Positions 31,979-42,613 of a DNA stretch of 64,000 bases are shown in pieces (positions within the stretch are counted from its first letter, which is position 1; each line of letters starts with the position of its first letter). The DNA is taken from the NCBI GenBank assembly GCA_000091205.1, contig AP006499.2. One strand, written 5' to 3'. This DNA is from Cyanidioschyzon merolae (Eukaryota). Position numbers and translations under genes: made by a program. Below the pieces are notes generated by a model that made no database searches, was not told the origin of the DNA, and saw nothing but the letters and a program-made list of their open reading frames with translations.

Positions 31979-33718
31979 GCCTGTTCGAGGGCGTTCCACG
32001 TCATCTTGATGCCCGTCACCGGTGGAATTCAACCCGCCATACATCAGAGAATCCACTCCAAAAAGCCGATCGAGCATCAGAAAAGTCATGTATGAATCCG
32101 GACGCCGATATCATTGCACACGGAGTCTCGAGGTTGCAGATCCAAAGCACGCTCGGAAACAACATTGAAAAATAGGTTCAGAGCGAGTAGTTCAGTGTTC
32201 CGCGTTCAGGCGACACGGGTATATTGTCGTCTGGGTATGCGATGACGCTCCGTAACCGGACAAGCGACCATCTTTTCTCTCTAGACGCCGCCAAGTTCCC
32301 CGAATCCCATACGAAACTTTCCGTCGAGATCGACGGCTTGGTCCTTCCGGGGAACCTCCTGGTCTGGTGACATGCCTCGAATAGACGCTGGATATGTCAC
32401 CGTTTCCGCAGCCTCCATGCGAAGACAGCTGCGCGTTGCGGTGCCGTGGCCGGTGTCAACTCGCGACCCATCCTGCATATGTGCTGCTCGGTCGTTGCAC
32501 AAAGCGATGGCTGGTGGTGATCCACGAACGTTTGCGTCAAGGCCCGTCCGACAGCGCTCTCCGCACAGGCACGCGGTGTCCATCGTTTTCCAGGGCTTCA
32601 GGTTCGATTTTGCGTCAAGGCGCCGTCCTGAAACGGCATCTGATCAGCAACAACAACAACAACAACAACTGCATATGCACGGCGACGACAAGTCCCGAAT
32701 CCGCTGGATACAGAGGGTGCACGACCCGTCTTCGCTCCAGTTGTATCACTTGTTGGTGTCGCAGTATCGCTGCGCTTATGCGAGTCTCAACCTTTCCATA
32801 TCGTGTATGCATCGCCTACTATATCGTAGCGCTTCACACAAGAAAACTTGGCGGCATCGTGCGGTGTCATGCGAGTTTAGCATTGTATGCTTTGTGATGC
32901 ACGAACTTCGGAGCAACCAGGATCTGCTTTCGAATGACCGGATGCTTTTTTGCGTCACGAGAAACCCTCCCTCCATAGACACTGTGAAGGACAAGTGTTG
33001 CGCATAACGCGCTCCATGCCCGGCACTTTATCACCAAATGCGCTTCACACAACAGCGTGCCTATGCCTGCATTCCTGGGTGGCGCACGACGCCTCTGGCG
33101 CTCGCAGGATGCTGAGTTCGGGTATGCACCACAAGCAGGCGCCCGGGGTGTCATGAACACGGCCGCCACTGGGGCCACGGCAGTTGCCAGAGGCGTCAGC
33201 GCAGGGTACCGTGGGCGACGCACAAACGCACTGCTGGAGCGTTTTCTTATGTGGCTTCGTTCATGGTGCAGGATCGGTGCAGTGTAGCTGCCTGCTGATG
33301 ATGATGCTCACCCGAGTGCGCGGTTGTCTTCGGCAACCGGGGCTACGACACCCGCTCTGCTGTAGACCCATGTGTTTCCCTAGGGATCCCCAGAGCGGAT
33401 CGGGGCGTCAAGCACACATCATAGCAGGTATGCAGAACACGTCCGTGCGAGCATTCCGGGAACAACAGCAACTGCTACAACGACGAGTGTACCCGTGGTA
33501 TCGCAACACCGTCGCCACCGGCCAGCGACATTGCCATAAAGCGGCTACGCACAAGCGCTGCAGCTGCCTCTTGAGTCCTCTGCTGCTGCTGCTGCTGCTG
33601 CAGCTGAGCACCTGCCTCCACATTCCGACTCGCTGGCGCCTTGGCGAGGACAAACGTGTGCCCAGCAGCGACCCGGCTATGCTGCAGCATCGCTGGTGCT
33701 CCCGGGCGCCTTTTGTGC

Positions 33719-36700
33719 TCAGCGTAGCTCATCATGACGGGTAGGGTGCATCGATTGCTCCCGCTGTGCAACGAATGCTTCCCAGGCGTGGTCATCGACC
33801 AGCGTCGCTGCTGCGGTAGCCTCTGTATCCAGTTCGTCCCAATGCGGAATGATACGGCGAGCGCTTTCGAGTTTCGACTCGTGTGTACTCGGATTATTAC
33901 AGAGATCAATGGTTTTGGCACGAGCCTTGCTCTGTTCGCTGCACCAGGTCTCGCACCAGAGCCATTCGGACGGTAGGGATTCGAGGGGAACCAGCGGTTC
34001 AGCAGCGTTCATGGTACCGCTTTGCTCAGCCAGCGGCACACTTGCATAGTTCGGCAGATCCTGGTCCAAATTCGAAAGCGACTCTGGATCGGCGCTCAGT
34101 CTCTGGTACAACGCTCGAAGCGTGTCACCGGCACGGTGTGCGCGAAAACGTTTCAGATCAACAACGAACAACGCTGATATGTGGTACGGTTGCCCGCGTA
34201 GGTGTTTCGCCCAGAATCCTCGCTTCCAAAACCGATACGCATCCATTTCGGGACGATCGTCACAAAACGGCACGAAACCGTAGACAGCACGTGATCCGAG
34301 GGCCAGCTCCCAGAGCTCACCGAGGTCACCGCGAACCACTTGATCCGAATCGATGAAGATGATACGTTCCACATCCGACGGGAACAAAACATCTAGGAAT
34401 AAAATCTTATACGCCCAGATCAGGCGCTGTTTCTCGTGCTGCGGCCGTAGCCATCGAGGCCAGGCATACCATACCAGTTCGTAGTCGAAGCCGAGGCGAT
34501 GTGCTAGTCGTGGCAACTGGGCACGAAACCTGGGCGACAGAAAGTTGCCCACCAGCCAGAACTTGCAGCGATACCTCGGTGTCGCTCGGACCGCACTCAG
34601 CATCATGATTCGAAGCAGTCGTTCGTACAAATGCCCAGAGGCAATCGAGAACAGATGTATCAGAGGACGCTTGTCCGCTGATGATGACGACGACGATGAT
34701 GCGCTCGGCGGTAGACAGAGACGCTCGCGACGCTGCACTTGTGACGACGTCCGAAGGGCAGCGACGAGCGCCCAGACGCGCTCATACCAGGTACGTTGCA
34801 GGTGCGCCACACGCAATAGCAGCAGCGGCTGTGACTGTGTCGACTGGCCCCACAAGTCGTCCACAACCAATAACGTGGCGTTGCTGGCATCGATCGGCTG
34901 CAGGTCCACAAGTCTAGCGGCATAAGGCGCGCGTTGCGCCTCGACAAGGGCAATCGAGAGGTCATCGCGTTGCCTCCCGAACGCCGAGGGAATCGGTATC
35001 GGCACAAGACGCCAAATGCCCGGTGTCAATGCCAGCTGAAAGTAGCCGGAACCCTCCATCACGACAGTCTCGACCCGAGACCGACGCTCACGACTGCAGT
35101 GATCCGGGTGTCGAATGCCGCCATGCTGCTCCAGGCGTAACGCGAGGCCAGGTGCTCGTGTAGACGGCTGCCGATCGACGACGAAGCCCTCTACGATGAG
35201 CTTGCTCAGTTCGTATCGAATGGAGCGATGCGAAGGCGTACCTGGGGGTGCCCACTGCACCAGTGCCACATTGTCTGGATCCAGCTCAGCATGCTGCACT
35301 GTTGTGAACCAGGTTGCTGGTGTCCGCAGGTGAACGCTGTGGATCCGGTGCTCGGCAAGTCGATCGAAGATGACGCTGGCGCTGGTACCGTTCGCCAGGG
35401 CATCTGCGAAACGCGTCACCAGCTTGGAGCGTACGTACCGCGGCTGGAGCAGGCGTCCGTCATCGCCTCGCCACTGGAGTCGCGGGTTCAGCGTGACATC
35501 GAGTTCAGCGTCGAGTGCTTCGCCAAGTAACTTGCGTAGCACCAGGGTGAACGAAGCATCAGCGGCTGTGAATGGTGCAATGAGGCCCTCTGCTCGCAGC
35601 GCGCTTCCAGTGTGCTGCCTGGGTACTGCGGGCGCCTTGCGATACCGCAGTGCAGGCACCAGGTGCCGCAAACGACGAAGCGAGTCAAGCGGTAGCTCGC
35701 TGGGCGACTGCTGCACTAGAAGCGATCCGCCACTGGGCCTGCAGCTTCCATCCAAAACGTCTGCGAGGATCGTGGAGATCAAGACCGCATCCGCTTGATG
35801 CGACTGATCCACAGGGCTGCAGCGCCCAGATAGCGGCTTTGTTTGCCGAATGATGTACGAGCCGCAACGAGCCTCCATCAGAGCCGCTTCCCGCTGGAGG
35901 ACAGCCTTGAAGAGCGCAGCGGCGTGATGTGCCCAAACCTCGTCCCGATCGATTCGATACCGTCTACCGTTGACAACGAGCGCTAGTTGACCTGGGTCGA
36001 CGCCCCAGCCGCCAGAGAACAACAATCGGAGCCAATTTGGTGCTGGTGTGCCCGTTAGGGTAGGCGCTGTGGATGCAGGGCTCACCTCCACGCCACCACA
36101 GATGCGCTCCAGGCGCCGTCTCAGGGCGTCATCGAGTTGCATCGAAGAGCGCGACGCATTCGCAGGTGTCGCTGTCCACAGCTGCATAAGCGATCGAGCA
36201 ACTGGGCCCGCCTGGAGACCCGTATGAAAGAGCCCGAGTCGTACCGCAGACGGCCATGCAGCTGCTCCCGGATGGTGTGACGGTTGCGTCCACTGCTGTT
36301 CCGCGAGTACGCGCATCGCATCGTGGAGAAACCTGCAGCCGAAAGTTGTATCCAGGTCGAGAAGAAGCCACACGGTCAATGGCGGCTGGCATCCATCGTC
36401 GTGGGCGTCAGCCGCATCCACAACTGCCAAGCGATACGGGATGTTCAGGAGATGCACTGCATCGCCCTGGGTATGCTGTTGCTGCTGTGCAAAGAGCGCA
36501 TCCCAGAGCAGTGCAATCGACTGCAGGCCCTGCTCGATGTGCTCCTGCTGTAGCGCTGTCGATCCCGAGACCAGCTGGGATGTTGCTGAGAGCAACTGCG
36601 TCTCAAAGGCCGGCACAAGCACCAGTCTCGTTGCCAGAACCGCAGCAGTGGCGCTCTCCTTGCGTCTAGGCGATGGATACGGCCCTGGTGTGACCGTTGT

Positions 36701-39496
36701 CGATGTGCGCCAGCTCGATGTCTGGTAGACAACGTCGTCCACACAGGCTGCGTCGGGAGCGAGTCCCGCGCGTGTCAGCTCAGCGAGTCGCTGCACTTCA
36801 GCGTTCAGGTATCGAAAGACGGTGGACGCATCTACGGGATCCTTTGCAAGGTCGCCGATGCGCTTTCCATTCAGAGCTAGCAACGCTGACGTATCGGCAG
36901 GCAGACCAATGCTCCGTAGCCACTGACGAGTGCGTACTTCCGCGTGCACCAGCATCGCGCACTGGCTCGAGTCGTGAACCTTTGCAGCAGCAGCAGCGCC
37001 GCCGCTGCGGAGACCGAACAACGCACCCAAGACTCGCTTCTTGCCGTGCGGATGTAGAATCAGCGATTCGTAGTCGTGTTCGGCATCGAAGCTGGACGAG
37101 GTCTGATTCGGAGAAGCCGCTTGCATGCCCGCTGCTGTCTGGAGGAAGACGCGTCGGACCTGGTCAGCTCTTGGTGGTAACGGCGGCAGCGCGATGGTGC
37201 TCGAGCGGCCCCCGAGTCCCTGCAGCATCCACAGTGCAGCGAGCGGGTGTTCCCGCTGTACCGTTGCGTGCAACTCGCTCAGAAACGAGGCCGCTGCTCG
37301 TCGGGAACGCCGCACATGCAGCAAGTAGTATACTGCTCGGCAGATGACCGCATCCGTTGACGGTTCCAATGGAGAGCGCCTTGGGGGGAGCTCCCCAGGC
37401 GACTGGAGATCACCGCGTCTCCATCCCAGCGACCTCAGCATGCCCAGAGCGCGCGACCAAGGAGAGCGTGGTGCACCCGCGGTGTCACCGGCTGAAGCGT
37501 TCCACCGGTACGCTGCCTCATGCGGTGGCACCAGCACCAGCGATATCTGAAAGGGAAGGACGGGGTCGCGGTTCTTGACCCATTGGATCAACTGAGCGGA
37601 CGCTTCGAGTCCAGCCGCGGAGCCTGGGTTCACAAAGGCCACCAGCCGGAAAGCGTTTCGACGTAGTTTCGGAAATGCCTTTGCGCTGGGGCTCTGCAGC
37701 AGCTCCTGGAAGCTCGGACTCCAGTTCTGGTATTTGCGATCCCGCTCTATGTCATTCAGGCGGAAAATGAAAAGCTGCTCCACCGATTGTACAGGATCGC
37801 TGTCGGATTCCTCTGTACAATCTAAGAGTGCCGGTAGGTAGAGGCGCGTATCGACGATTGTCGTACTTGCTTCAGCTTCGCTTTGACGATGGGTGATGTT
37901 CGCAAGAAAGCGTTCTCGATCATCAATCGCCGCTGTTTTCAGCGGATCCATCATGTCCCAGATACGGTAAGCAGCCAAATGTGCGGCAGCGATGCTGGCG
38001 GCACAGAGCGCCACCGATGAAGCGTCTGGGCTGACCTGTCGTCCATTGAGAAATAAGACCGAAGGCAGGTTGTCCCAGTGCAGTTCAGGATGCAGGCGAC
38101 TGAGGTTCTCCGCAGACGCTGTGAGCAGAGCTCGGCTTTGCGCCACGGAAGCCGCAAACGAAGGCTCTGCCTTGGCCTCCTTCCAGAGAGCGGCGCCAAT
38201 GCTCGGAAGATCATTGCCCAGCTGCTCGATACCCTGCAGCAGCGATCCCGTCAGGTCCATCAGCAACTCCTCTAGCGTTTCAGATGCACCAGTGTGCTTC
38301 GTCGCTTCCGACCAAAGCGATTGCATGAGCAGCGCATCCAGAGTCGCTTGGATTTCATCCTTATCGAGGTCCTGAATGTCGATCGCAACAGATCCTGCGG
38401 CACCACGCTGTCTGACATGTTGCGTCTTGTTGCGCTGCAACCAGAGCGTCTCGTTCTGCTTCGTGTCTAGCACCACGTAATCGGAGCTTTTCAGCGCCAG
38501 CTCTACTGTGTAGCCGCTTAATGACATCATCTGCGTCGCGTCACTGGAAAAGTCGGCCGTTAGCGCCGCTCGACTCGGTGCCGCTCTCCGCATCCGAATG
38601 ACGTAGACGAGCTCGCAGTTCTGGGCACGTTCACGGACTGCACGATGAAAAGCGGAGAACGCATCGTCACGGAAAACATCTGTGTACAGAATGGCAGCGA
38701 TGAGCGGTTCAGTACCAGACTGATCGGTCCAGCGTTTGTCGCCCGGGACATGCGGCGCTGCTGCACTGCCACCGACACAGCCCAGGACCGTATCCGACGG
38801 CAGCAGGAAGCGTTGGGAGGCAAGATTCCAGCGATGTACCTCGTCTATGTTTCGCGGGAAGCGACTGCGACAAGCATCAACATGATGACCAAGGGAAGCG
38901 AGCGCTGCTTCATCGGCGATCGGGATGCGTTCCGCACCGCATACGAGGAGTACCCACGTGGAGTCTACTGCGTTCAGAGCGGGCTCCAGCTGATCGCGAT
39001 CGTCCGTCTCCAAACGCTCATGGAGCTGTAGGCGTGCGGCGTAAACACGCTGGACAACGAGTACTTCCAAACTTCTCCACGCTTGGCGAACCGCTGCAGT
39101 CAACGCGTCAGCCTCTACTGAGGAAGTCAGATCAGCGGCAGCTGCGGTCCACGCAAGCTCCAGCCGCGTTCGCAGCCAGCGTATGGCACTGAGCTCGCGC
39201 TCCGAGTCCGAGTTAGCGCTGCGAAGTAGATCAGTCCCGTCCGCGATCTGGTCCAATAAACTCCAGAACAAGCGATCTGAATATATTCTGCGTATGCCTT
39301 CTAAAAGCTCTAGCGGCAACGATGATGCGTTCCAGGGTGCTACTACGTCAACGTGGAGTGCCTTCACGCTGCGCCGCACCGCTGCAGGCAAAAAACTCTG
39401 CGAAATACCGATACATAATGATGCACAGATTATCAGCGTATACACCGCGCATACCCACAGTCCTAATGAGAAACGTTGTCGCCCGAAGCTCCGCAT
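33719..39496 (-). CDS. UGGT: UDP-glucose:glycoprotein glucosyltransferase (UGGT; ER folding sensor), ~1925 aa
   Basis: The C-terminal GT24/GT8-like catalytic domain is unmistakable: LIHLFSIASGHLYERLLRIMMLSAV, KFWLVGNFLSPRF, IFIDSDQVVRGDLGELW, PFCDDRPEMDAYRFWKRGFWAKHL, YHISALFVVDLKRFR, and LPNYASVPLAEQS...EWLWCETWCS...IDLCNNP. The best start is the ATG on the reverse strand at 39494-39496, which gives a canonical signal peptide (MRSFGRQRFSLGLWVCAVYTLIICASLCIG). The track ORF runs on upstream to 40144 through a 65-bp repeat array, but that stretch lacks an ATG context. The protein ends ...HDELR, i.e. an HDEL motif followed by one extra Arg. Confidence 0.8.
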   Translation of the reverse strand: MRSFGRQRFSLGLWVCAVYTLIICASLCIGISQSFLPAAVRRSVKALHVDVVAPWNASSLPLELLEGIRRIYSDRLFWSLLDQIADGTDLLRSANSDSERELSAIRWLRTRLELAWTAAAADLTSSVEADALTAAVRQAWRSLEVLVVQRVYAARLQLHERLETDDRDQLEPALNAVDSTWVLLVCGAERIPIADEAALASLGHHVDACRSRFPRNIDEVHRWNLASQRFLLPSDTVLGCVGGSAAAPHVPGDKRWTDQSGTEPLIAAILYTDVFRDDAFSAFHRAVRERAQNCELVYVIRMRRAAPSRAALTADFSSDATQMMSLSGYTVELALKSSDYVVLDTKQNETLWLQRNKTQHVRQRGAAGSVAIDIQDLDKDEIQATLDALLMQSLWSEATKHTGASETLEELLMDLTGSLLQGIEQLGNDLPSIGAALWKEAKAEPSFAASVAQSRALLTASAENLSRLHPELHWDNLPSVLFLNGRQVSPDASSVALCAASIAAAHLAAYRIWDMMDPLKTAAIDDRERFLANITHRQSEAEASTTIVDTRLYLPALLDCTEESDSDPVQSVEQLFIFRLNDIERDRKYQNWSPSFQELLQSPSAKAFPKLRRNAFRLVAFVNPGSAAGLEASAQLIQWVKNRDPVLPFQISLVLVPPHEAAYRWNASAGDTAGAPRSPWSRALGMLRSLGWRRGDLQSPGELPPRRSPLEPSTDAVICRAVYYLLHVRRSRRAAASFLSELHATVQREHPLAALWMLQGLGGRSSTIALPPLPPRADQVRRVFLQTAAGMQAASPNQTSSSFDAEHDYESLILHPHGKKRVLGALFGLRSGGAAAAAKVHDSSQCAMLVHAEVRTRQWLRSIGLPADTSALLALNGKRIGDLAKDPVDASTVFRYLNAEVQRLAELTRAGLAPDAACVDDVVYQTSSWRTSTTVTPGPYPSPRRKESATAAVLATRLVLVPAFETQLLSATSQLVSGSTALQQEHIEQGLQSIALLWDALFAQQQQHTQGDAVHLLNIPYRLAVVDAADAHDDGCQPPLTVWLLLDLDTTFGCRFLHDAMRVLAEQQWTQPSHHPGAAAWPSAVRLGLFHTGLQAGPVARSLMQLWTATPANASRSSMQLDDALRRRLERICGGVEVSPASTAPTLTGTPAPNWLRLLFSGGWGVDPGQLALVVNGRRYRIDRDEVWAHHAAALFKAVLQREAALMEARCGSYIIRQTKPLSGRCSPVDQSHQADAVLISTILADVLDGSCRPSGGSLLVQQSPSELPLDSLRRLRHLVPALRYRKAPAVPRQHTGSALRAEGLIAPFTAADASFTLVLRKLLGEALDAELDVTLNPRLQWRGDDGRLLQPRYVRSKLVTRFADALANGTSASVIFDRLAEHRIHSVHLRTPATWFTTVQHAELDPDNVALVQWAPPGTPSHRSIRYELSKLIVEGFVVDRQPSTRAPGLALRLEQHGGIRHPDHCSRERRSRVETVVMEGSGYFQLALTPGIWRLVPIPIPSAFGRQRDDLSIALVEAQRAPYAARLVDLQPIDASNATLLVVDDLWGQSTQSQPLLLLRVAHLQRTWYERVWALVAALRTSSQVQRRERLCLPPSASSSSSSSADKRPLIHLFSIASGHLYERLLRIMMLSAVRATPRYRCKFWLVGNFLSPRFRAQLPRLAHRLGFDYELVWYAWPRWLRPQHEKQRLIWAYKILFLDVLFPSDVERIIFIDSDQVVRGDLGELWELALGSRAVYGFVPFCDDRPEMDAYRFWKRGFWAKHLRGQPYHISALFVVDLKRFRAHRAGDTLRALYQRLSADPESLSNLDQDLPNYASVPLAEQSGTMNAAEPLVPLESLPSEWLWCETWCSEQSKARAKTIDLCNNPSTHESKLESARRIIPHWDELDTEATAAATLVDDHAWEAFVAQREQSMHPTRHDELR

Positions 39497-39835
39497 CAGC
39501 ACCTCGGCTGCCAGCTCATGCGGAAAGCACCTGGCTGGCAGGGCGTAGCAGGCTTGAGCGGCGACAGCGCGGTAGCATCCGCTGCCGCCTCGGCTGGGAA
39601 TCGCTCCTGCCTGCGTCTGTGTTGGGCCTTCGTTCAACCAGGTACACCAGGGGCCGTGCTTGCGCTCGAGAGCGCTATGCAGGAGGAGGTGCTTTCGTCG
39701 TCCAGTGCGCACCGTTGGACTCGATGCATACTCCCGTGCTGCTTGCTGGTACGTTCGTTGCCAGCGTAAGCTGCTTTGACTGCCTGGTGTTAATGCTGGG
39801 GCAAAGGCCGGGCGTTTGATGGTGTAGTCTGAAGT

Positions 39836-40035
39836 CAATGCATGGGATCTGGTGTTTCCGGAAGCACGCTCGTTGTAGGTAGTCGTGGAATCGACGTCTG
39901 GTACGCATGAGATCTGGTGTTTCCGGAAGCATGCTCGTTGTAGGTAGTCGTGGAATCGACGTCTGGTACGCATGAGATCTGGTGTTTCCGGAAGCATGCT
40001 CGTTGTAGGTAGTCGCGGAATCGACGTCTGGTCCC
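39836..40035. repeat. tandem repeat, 65-bp unit x 3, 340-540 bp upstream of the UGGT start; each unit contains the palindrome TTCCGGAA
   Basis: Three units start at 39846, 39911 and 39976 (gatctggtgtttccggaagc(a/c)(c/t)gctcgttgtaggtagtcgtggaatcgacgtctggtacgcatga). Because 65 is not a multiple of 3 and the unit is stop-free on the reverse strand, it generates the spurious N-terminal extension of the UGGT ORF and ORF 39675..40196. Confidence 0.9.
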
Positions 40036-40346
40036 TCACGAGCGCTGCAGCGTTTCTGGGCGAGCTCGAGATCGATCTTCTCGTTGGGTGTATCTCGTCG
40101 CTCGATCCGACGAGCTTTCGGGTGCTGCGTGTTCTGGTGGACACTTGTCACGTCGCTGCTAGGTGCGCTGCCCCTAGTTTTCCCGAGGGGCACCACGGCT
40201 TTGTCATAGATGCAGGGGTATGAGGTAGTCGTACCGATGAGGACGCATGGTGCTGCGGCGAGTCGCTAGCGCCCAGACTCATACCCGTTTCACCACCGCT
40301 GCGGTGGATAGCAGGCCATCGACGTCAAGATGTAATGTATTGGAGA

Positions 40347-41674
40347 GATCGTAGACGAATTGCCCGTAGGATATATTCTCTACTGAATAGTGCAAGGGGA
40401 CTGCATTCCTCTTCCGAGTCGGTCACATCATAGTACTCTGATGACTGGGGAACACTGAGCGCAACAAGTAGATACGCTCCGCGCCAAAAAGATGGTATTA
40501 TCAAAGCGTGTTTGTGGTCATTCGTGGAAAACGACCCGTTGATTACCTCACAGAAACCAAAATCAACGATGATATACGCCACGGGTGCTTCTGTTTATCA
40601 TCAGCTTGTTCGTGTCGTCCTATAAATACTGGGATAAAATCACAAAGAAGTCCAGTTGCACATACGGGCATCTACCGAAATCGCAACTAAAACATAGTTC
40701 ATGGAATGTCACGACTCGTGTGAAGCGCTGGAACGTCGTTCTATTTCCGCAGTCGATGTCGCTTTCTTCGGATGAAGCGGTCGGAGCGCGTACGGATATT
40801 CGCGGAGAAGGGCCCTGTTGGACGTTCGATCGAACGCGAAGACAACGAGGACATTATCATTTATTCTAGCTTTAGAAGATGTATTTGGTGGCCTCAGTTT
40901 CGCTCGTAAAAAAGACTCATGCACTAGCGCCAACCAGTTTGTCCAAGCACTAAAGACTTTTCCTTGATGTCTGGTGACGTCCTTCCATTGGACAACGCGA
41001 CATTTCACCGTTCTTCTCGTGTCCGAGCTGTTGCCGATTTTATCCGGTCAGGGCTGCTTTTTATTCCTTATTACCCCTCGAATTTTTGAATCCAGCAAAG
41101 GAGTTTTGTCTATCGTGAAAAGTTATTACCGCTGCACTGGGAAAATCGCTGAAGCGCTCAGCACACCGCAACAAACCGAAGCACTTCGTGTTTCTTCCAC
41201 AAGTCCTTGTCCATCCGTGAAGGTCCGTTCCTGTGAGCATAAACAAGAACGTTTATTTTCAAAAATTAAGACATCAGCTGGGGCGTACAATGTAAAAGGT
41301 CGAGATGGAGAAGACCCAGCGGAGCGTCTCGGCGATAGAAAAGCCCTGAGAACTGATACAGCACCAAATTGCACAGAGCGCAAGCGTTCGAGGACTCCTT
41401 GCAATGGTGACTTCCACCCGCGGCAATGCACGCAAGGAGTCTGTGAATCGAGACTTTAACGGTGCAATCAATATCAGGGGATGTGTGGTACTATAGACGA
41501 CACCTGCGGAGCTGACGCCATCTAACTTTAAGTAGCAACCTCTCAGGCTCGAGATGTACAGGAAGAAACTGAAACCGATCGCAGGATGCCGGTCAAAAAA
41601 GCCCAGGTGGCGTCAACGTGTAGACAGATACATTTGTCCTCCATGTTCATGAAACATTCTTCGTATCGCTGATC
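40347..41674 (+). mobile_element. degenerate Tc1/mariner-superfamily DNA transposon relic, copy B (1328 bp)
   Basis: The left end gatcgtagacgaattgcccgtaggatatattc and the right end ...cattcttcgtatcgctgatc form imperfect terminal inverted repeats (~13/17 matches, beginning GATC). The HTH remnant is VENDPLITSQKPKSTMIYATGASVYHQLVRVVL. The catalytic remnant is MSGDVLPLDNATFHRSSRVRAVADFIRSGLLFIPYYPSNF, which keeps the DNAxxH and PPYSP-like blocks. The C-terminal remnant is ...VEMEKTQRS...VRGLLAMVTSTRGNARKESVNRDFNGAINIRG, followed by a conserved non-coding subterminal block. The reading frame is broken in several places. Confidence 0.6.
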
Positions 41675-42613
41675 ATGTCTACACGTAGACCAGCCGCTGA
41701 CGCATGGTCCAGCGGCGGAGACGGCATGCATTCAGTGCATTCCATAAATATACAGATTGGTGTATGTTTTGGGGCAGGGCCTTTTTTGGGTCAACGGCGT
41801 CTCCCGGCAGCGGTTCCTCGTCAGCATCGGTGCGCTGCTCACGTCGCTGACCTTCGACGGATGAAGTCTCCCAGAGAAAGTGTCTCTTTTATCGCGCCGC
41901 TGAGTGTCCGGGTAGCTCAAGCGAGCTCGCCAGCGTCCGGGCGCTGGGAGCGTCCGCGGCTGCTGGGGAAGGGTGCTCCGCTGGTGCCGCTGCGACGTCG
42001 TCCACAGGCCCGGGTACACGCGGCGCTGCGCTTACGTTGCGTCGAAGGCACCGATTCCTTGAAAGGCATTCAGGTCGACTGTGAGCAGAAGATGGAGAAG
42101 ACTATCGTCTCGCTCCGGAATAACCTGGCAGCGATTCGAACGAGTCGTGCCTCGCCTGCCTTACTGAACCGCATCCAGGTCAAGTACTACGGGGTTGACA
42201 CACCGCTGCTCCAACTAGCGAGTATATCGACGCCGTCTAGTACCGCCCTCCAGATTGAACCATACGACAAGTCGTGTCTAGGGGACATTGAGCGTACCAT
42301 TGCGGAAAGTGACCTAGGACTGACTCCATCCAACGACGGCAACGTGATACGACTGAACGTGCCACCGCTTACCGAAGAGCGACGAAAGCAGCTCGTCAAG
42401 GCTGCCAAGGAAATGGCAGAGGAAAGCCGCGTTGCCTTGCGCAATATCCGTCGCACCGGCGTGGATGCGGTGAAAAAGCTCGAGAAAGGGAGCGAAATCA
42501 GCAAGGATTTGAGCGCTGACGCCCAGGATGAGCTCACGAAAATGATCAAGCGATTTGAGGCAAAAGTCGATGAAATCATGCGCGCCAAAGAAAAAGATAT
42601 CATGACCGTGTAG
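41675..42613 (+). CDS. organellar (mitochondrial-type) ribosome recycling factor, 312 aa including an N-terminal presequence
   Basis: The conserved RRF domain starts near IQVDCEQKMEKTIVSLRNNLAAIRTSRASPALLNRIQVKYYG and continues through EPYDKS, GLTPSNDGNVIRLNVPPLTEERRKQLVK and EESRVALRNIRR to the C-terminus. The ~125-aa N-terminal extension is Arg-rich, acid-poor and presequence-like. The first ATG at 41675 immediately abuts the right end of transposon copy B, so a downstream ATG (for example the Met at MKSPRESV) may be the true start. Confidence 0.8.
   Translation: MSTRRPAADAWSSGGDGMHSVHSINIQIGVCFGAGPFLGQRRLPAAVPRQHRCAAHVADLRRMKSPRESVSFIAPLSVRVAQASSPASGRWERPRLLGKGAPLVPLRRRPQARVHAALRLRCVEGTDSLKGIQVDCEQKMEKTIVSLRNNLAAIRTSRASPALLNRIQVKYYGVDTPLLQLASISTPSSTALQIEPYDKSCLGDIERTIAESDLGLTPSNDGNVIRLNVPPLTEERRKQLVKAAKEMAEESRVALRNIRRTGVDAVKKLEKGSEISKDLSADAQDELTKMIKRFEAKVDEIMRAKEKDIMTV

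Noticed and set aside
12838-40035. Tandem arrays (68-bp, 92-bp, 123-bp, 65-bp) considered as possible CRISPR arrays
   Set aside because: Units are contiguous with no unique spacers and the genome is eukaryotic. They are minisatellites, not CRISPR arrays.
39497-40196. 216-codon N-terminal extension of the UGGT ORF and the overlapping ORF 39675..40196
   Set aside because: The extension is driven by a 65-bp repeat that is stop-free in all three reverse-strand frames. It begins with GTG, not ATG. The authentic signal peptide starts at the Met at 39496.
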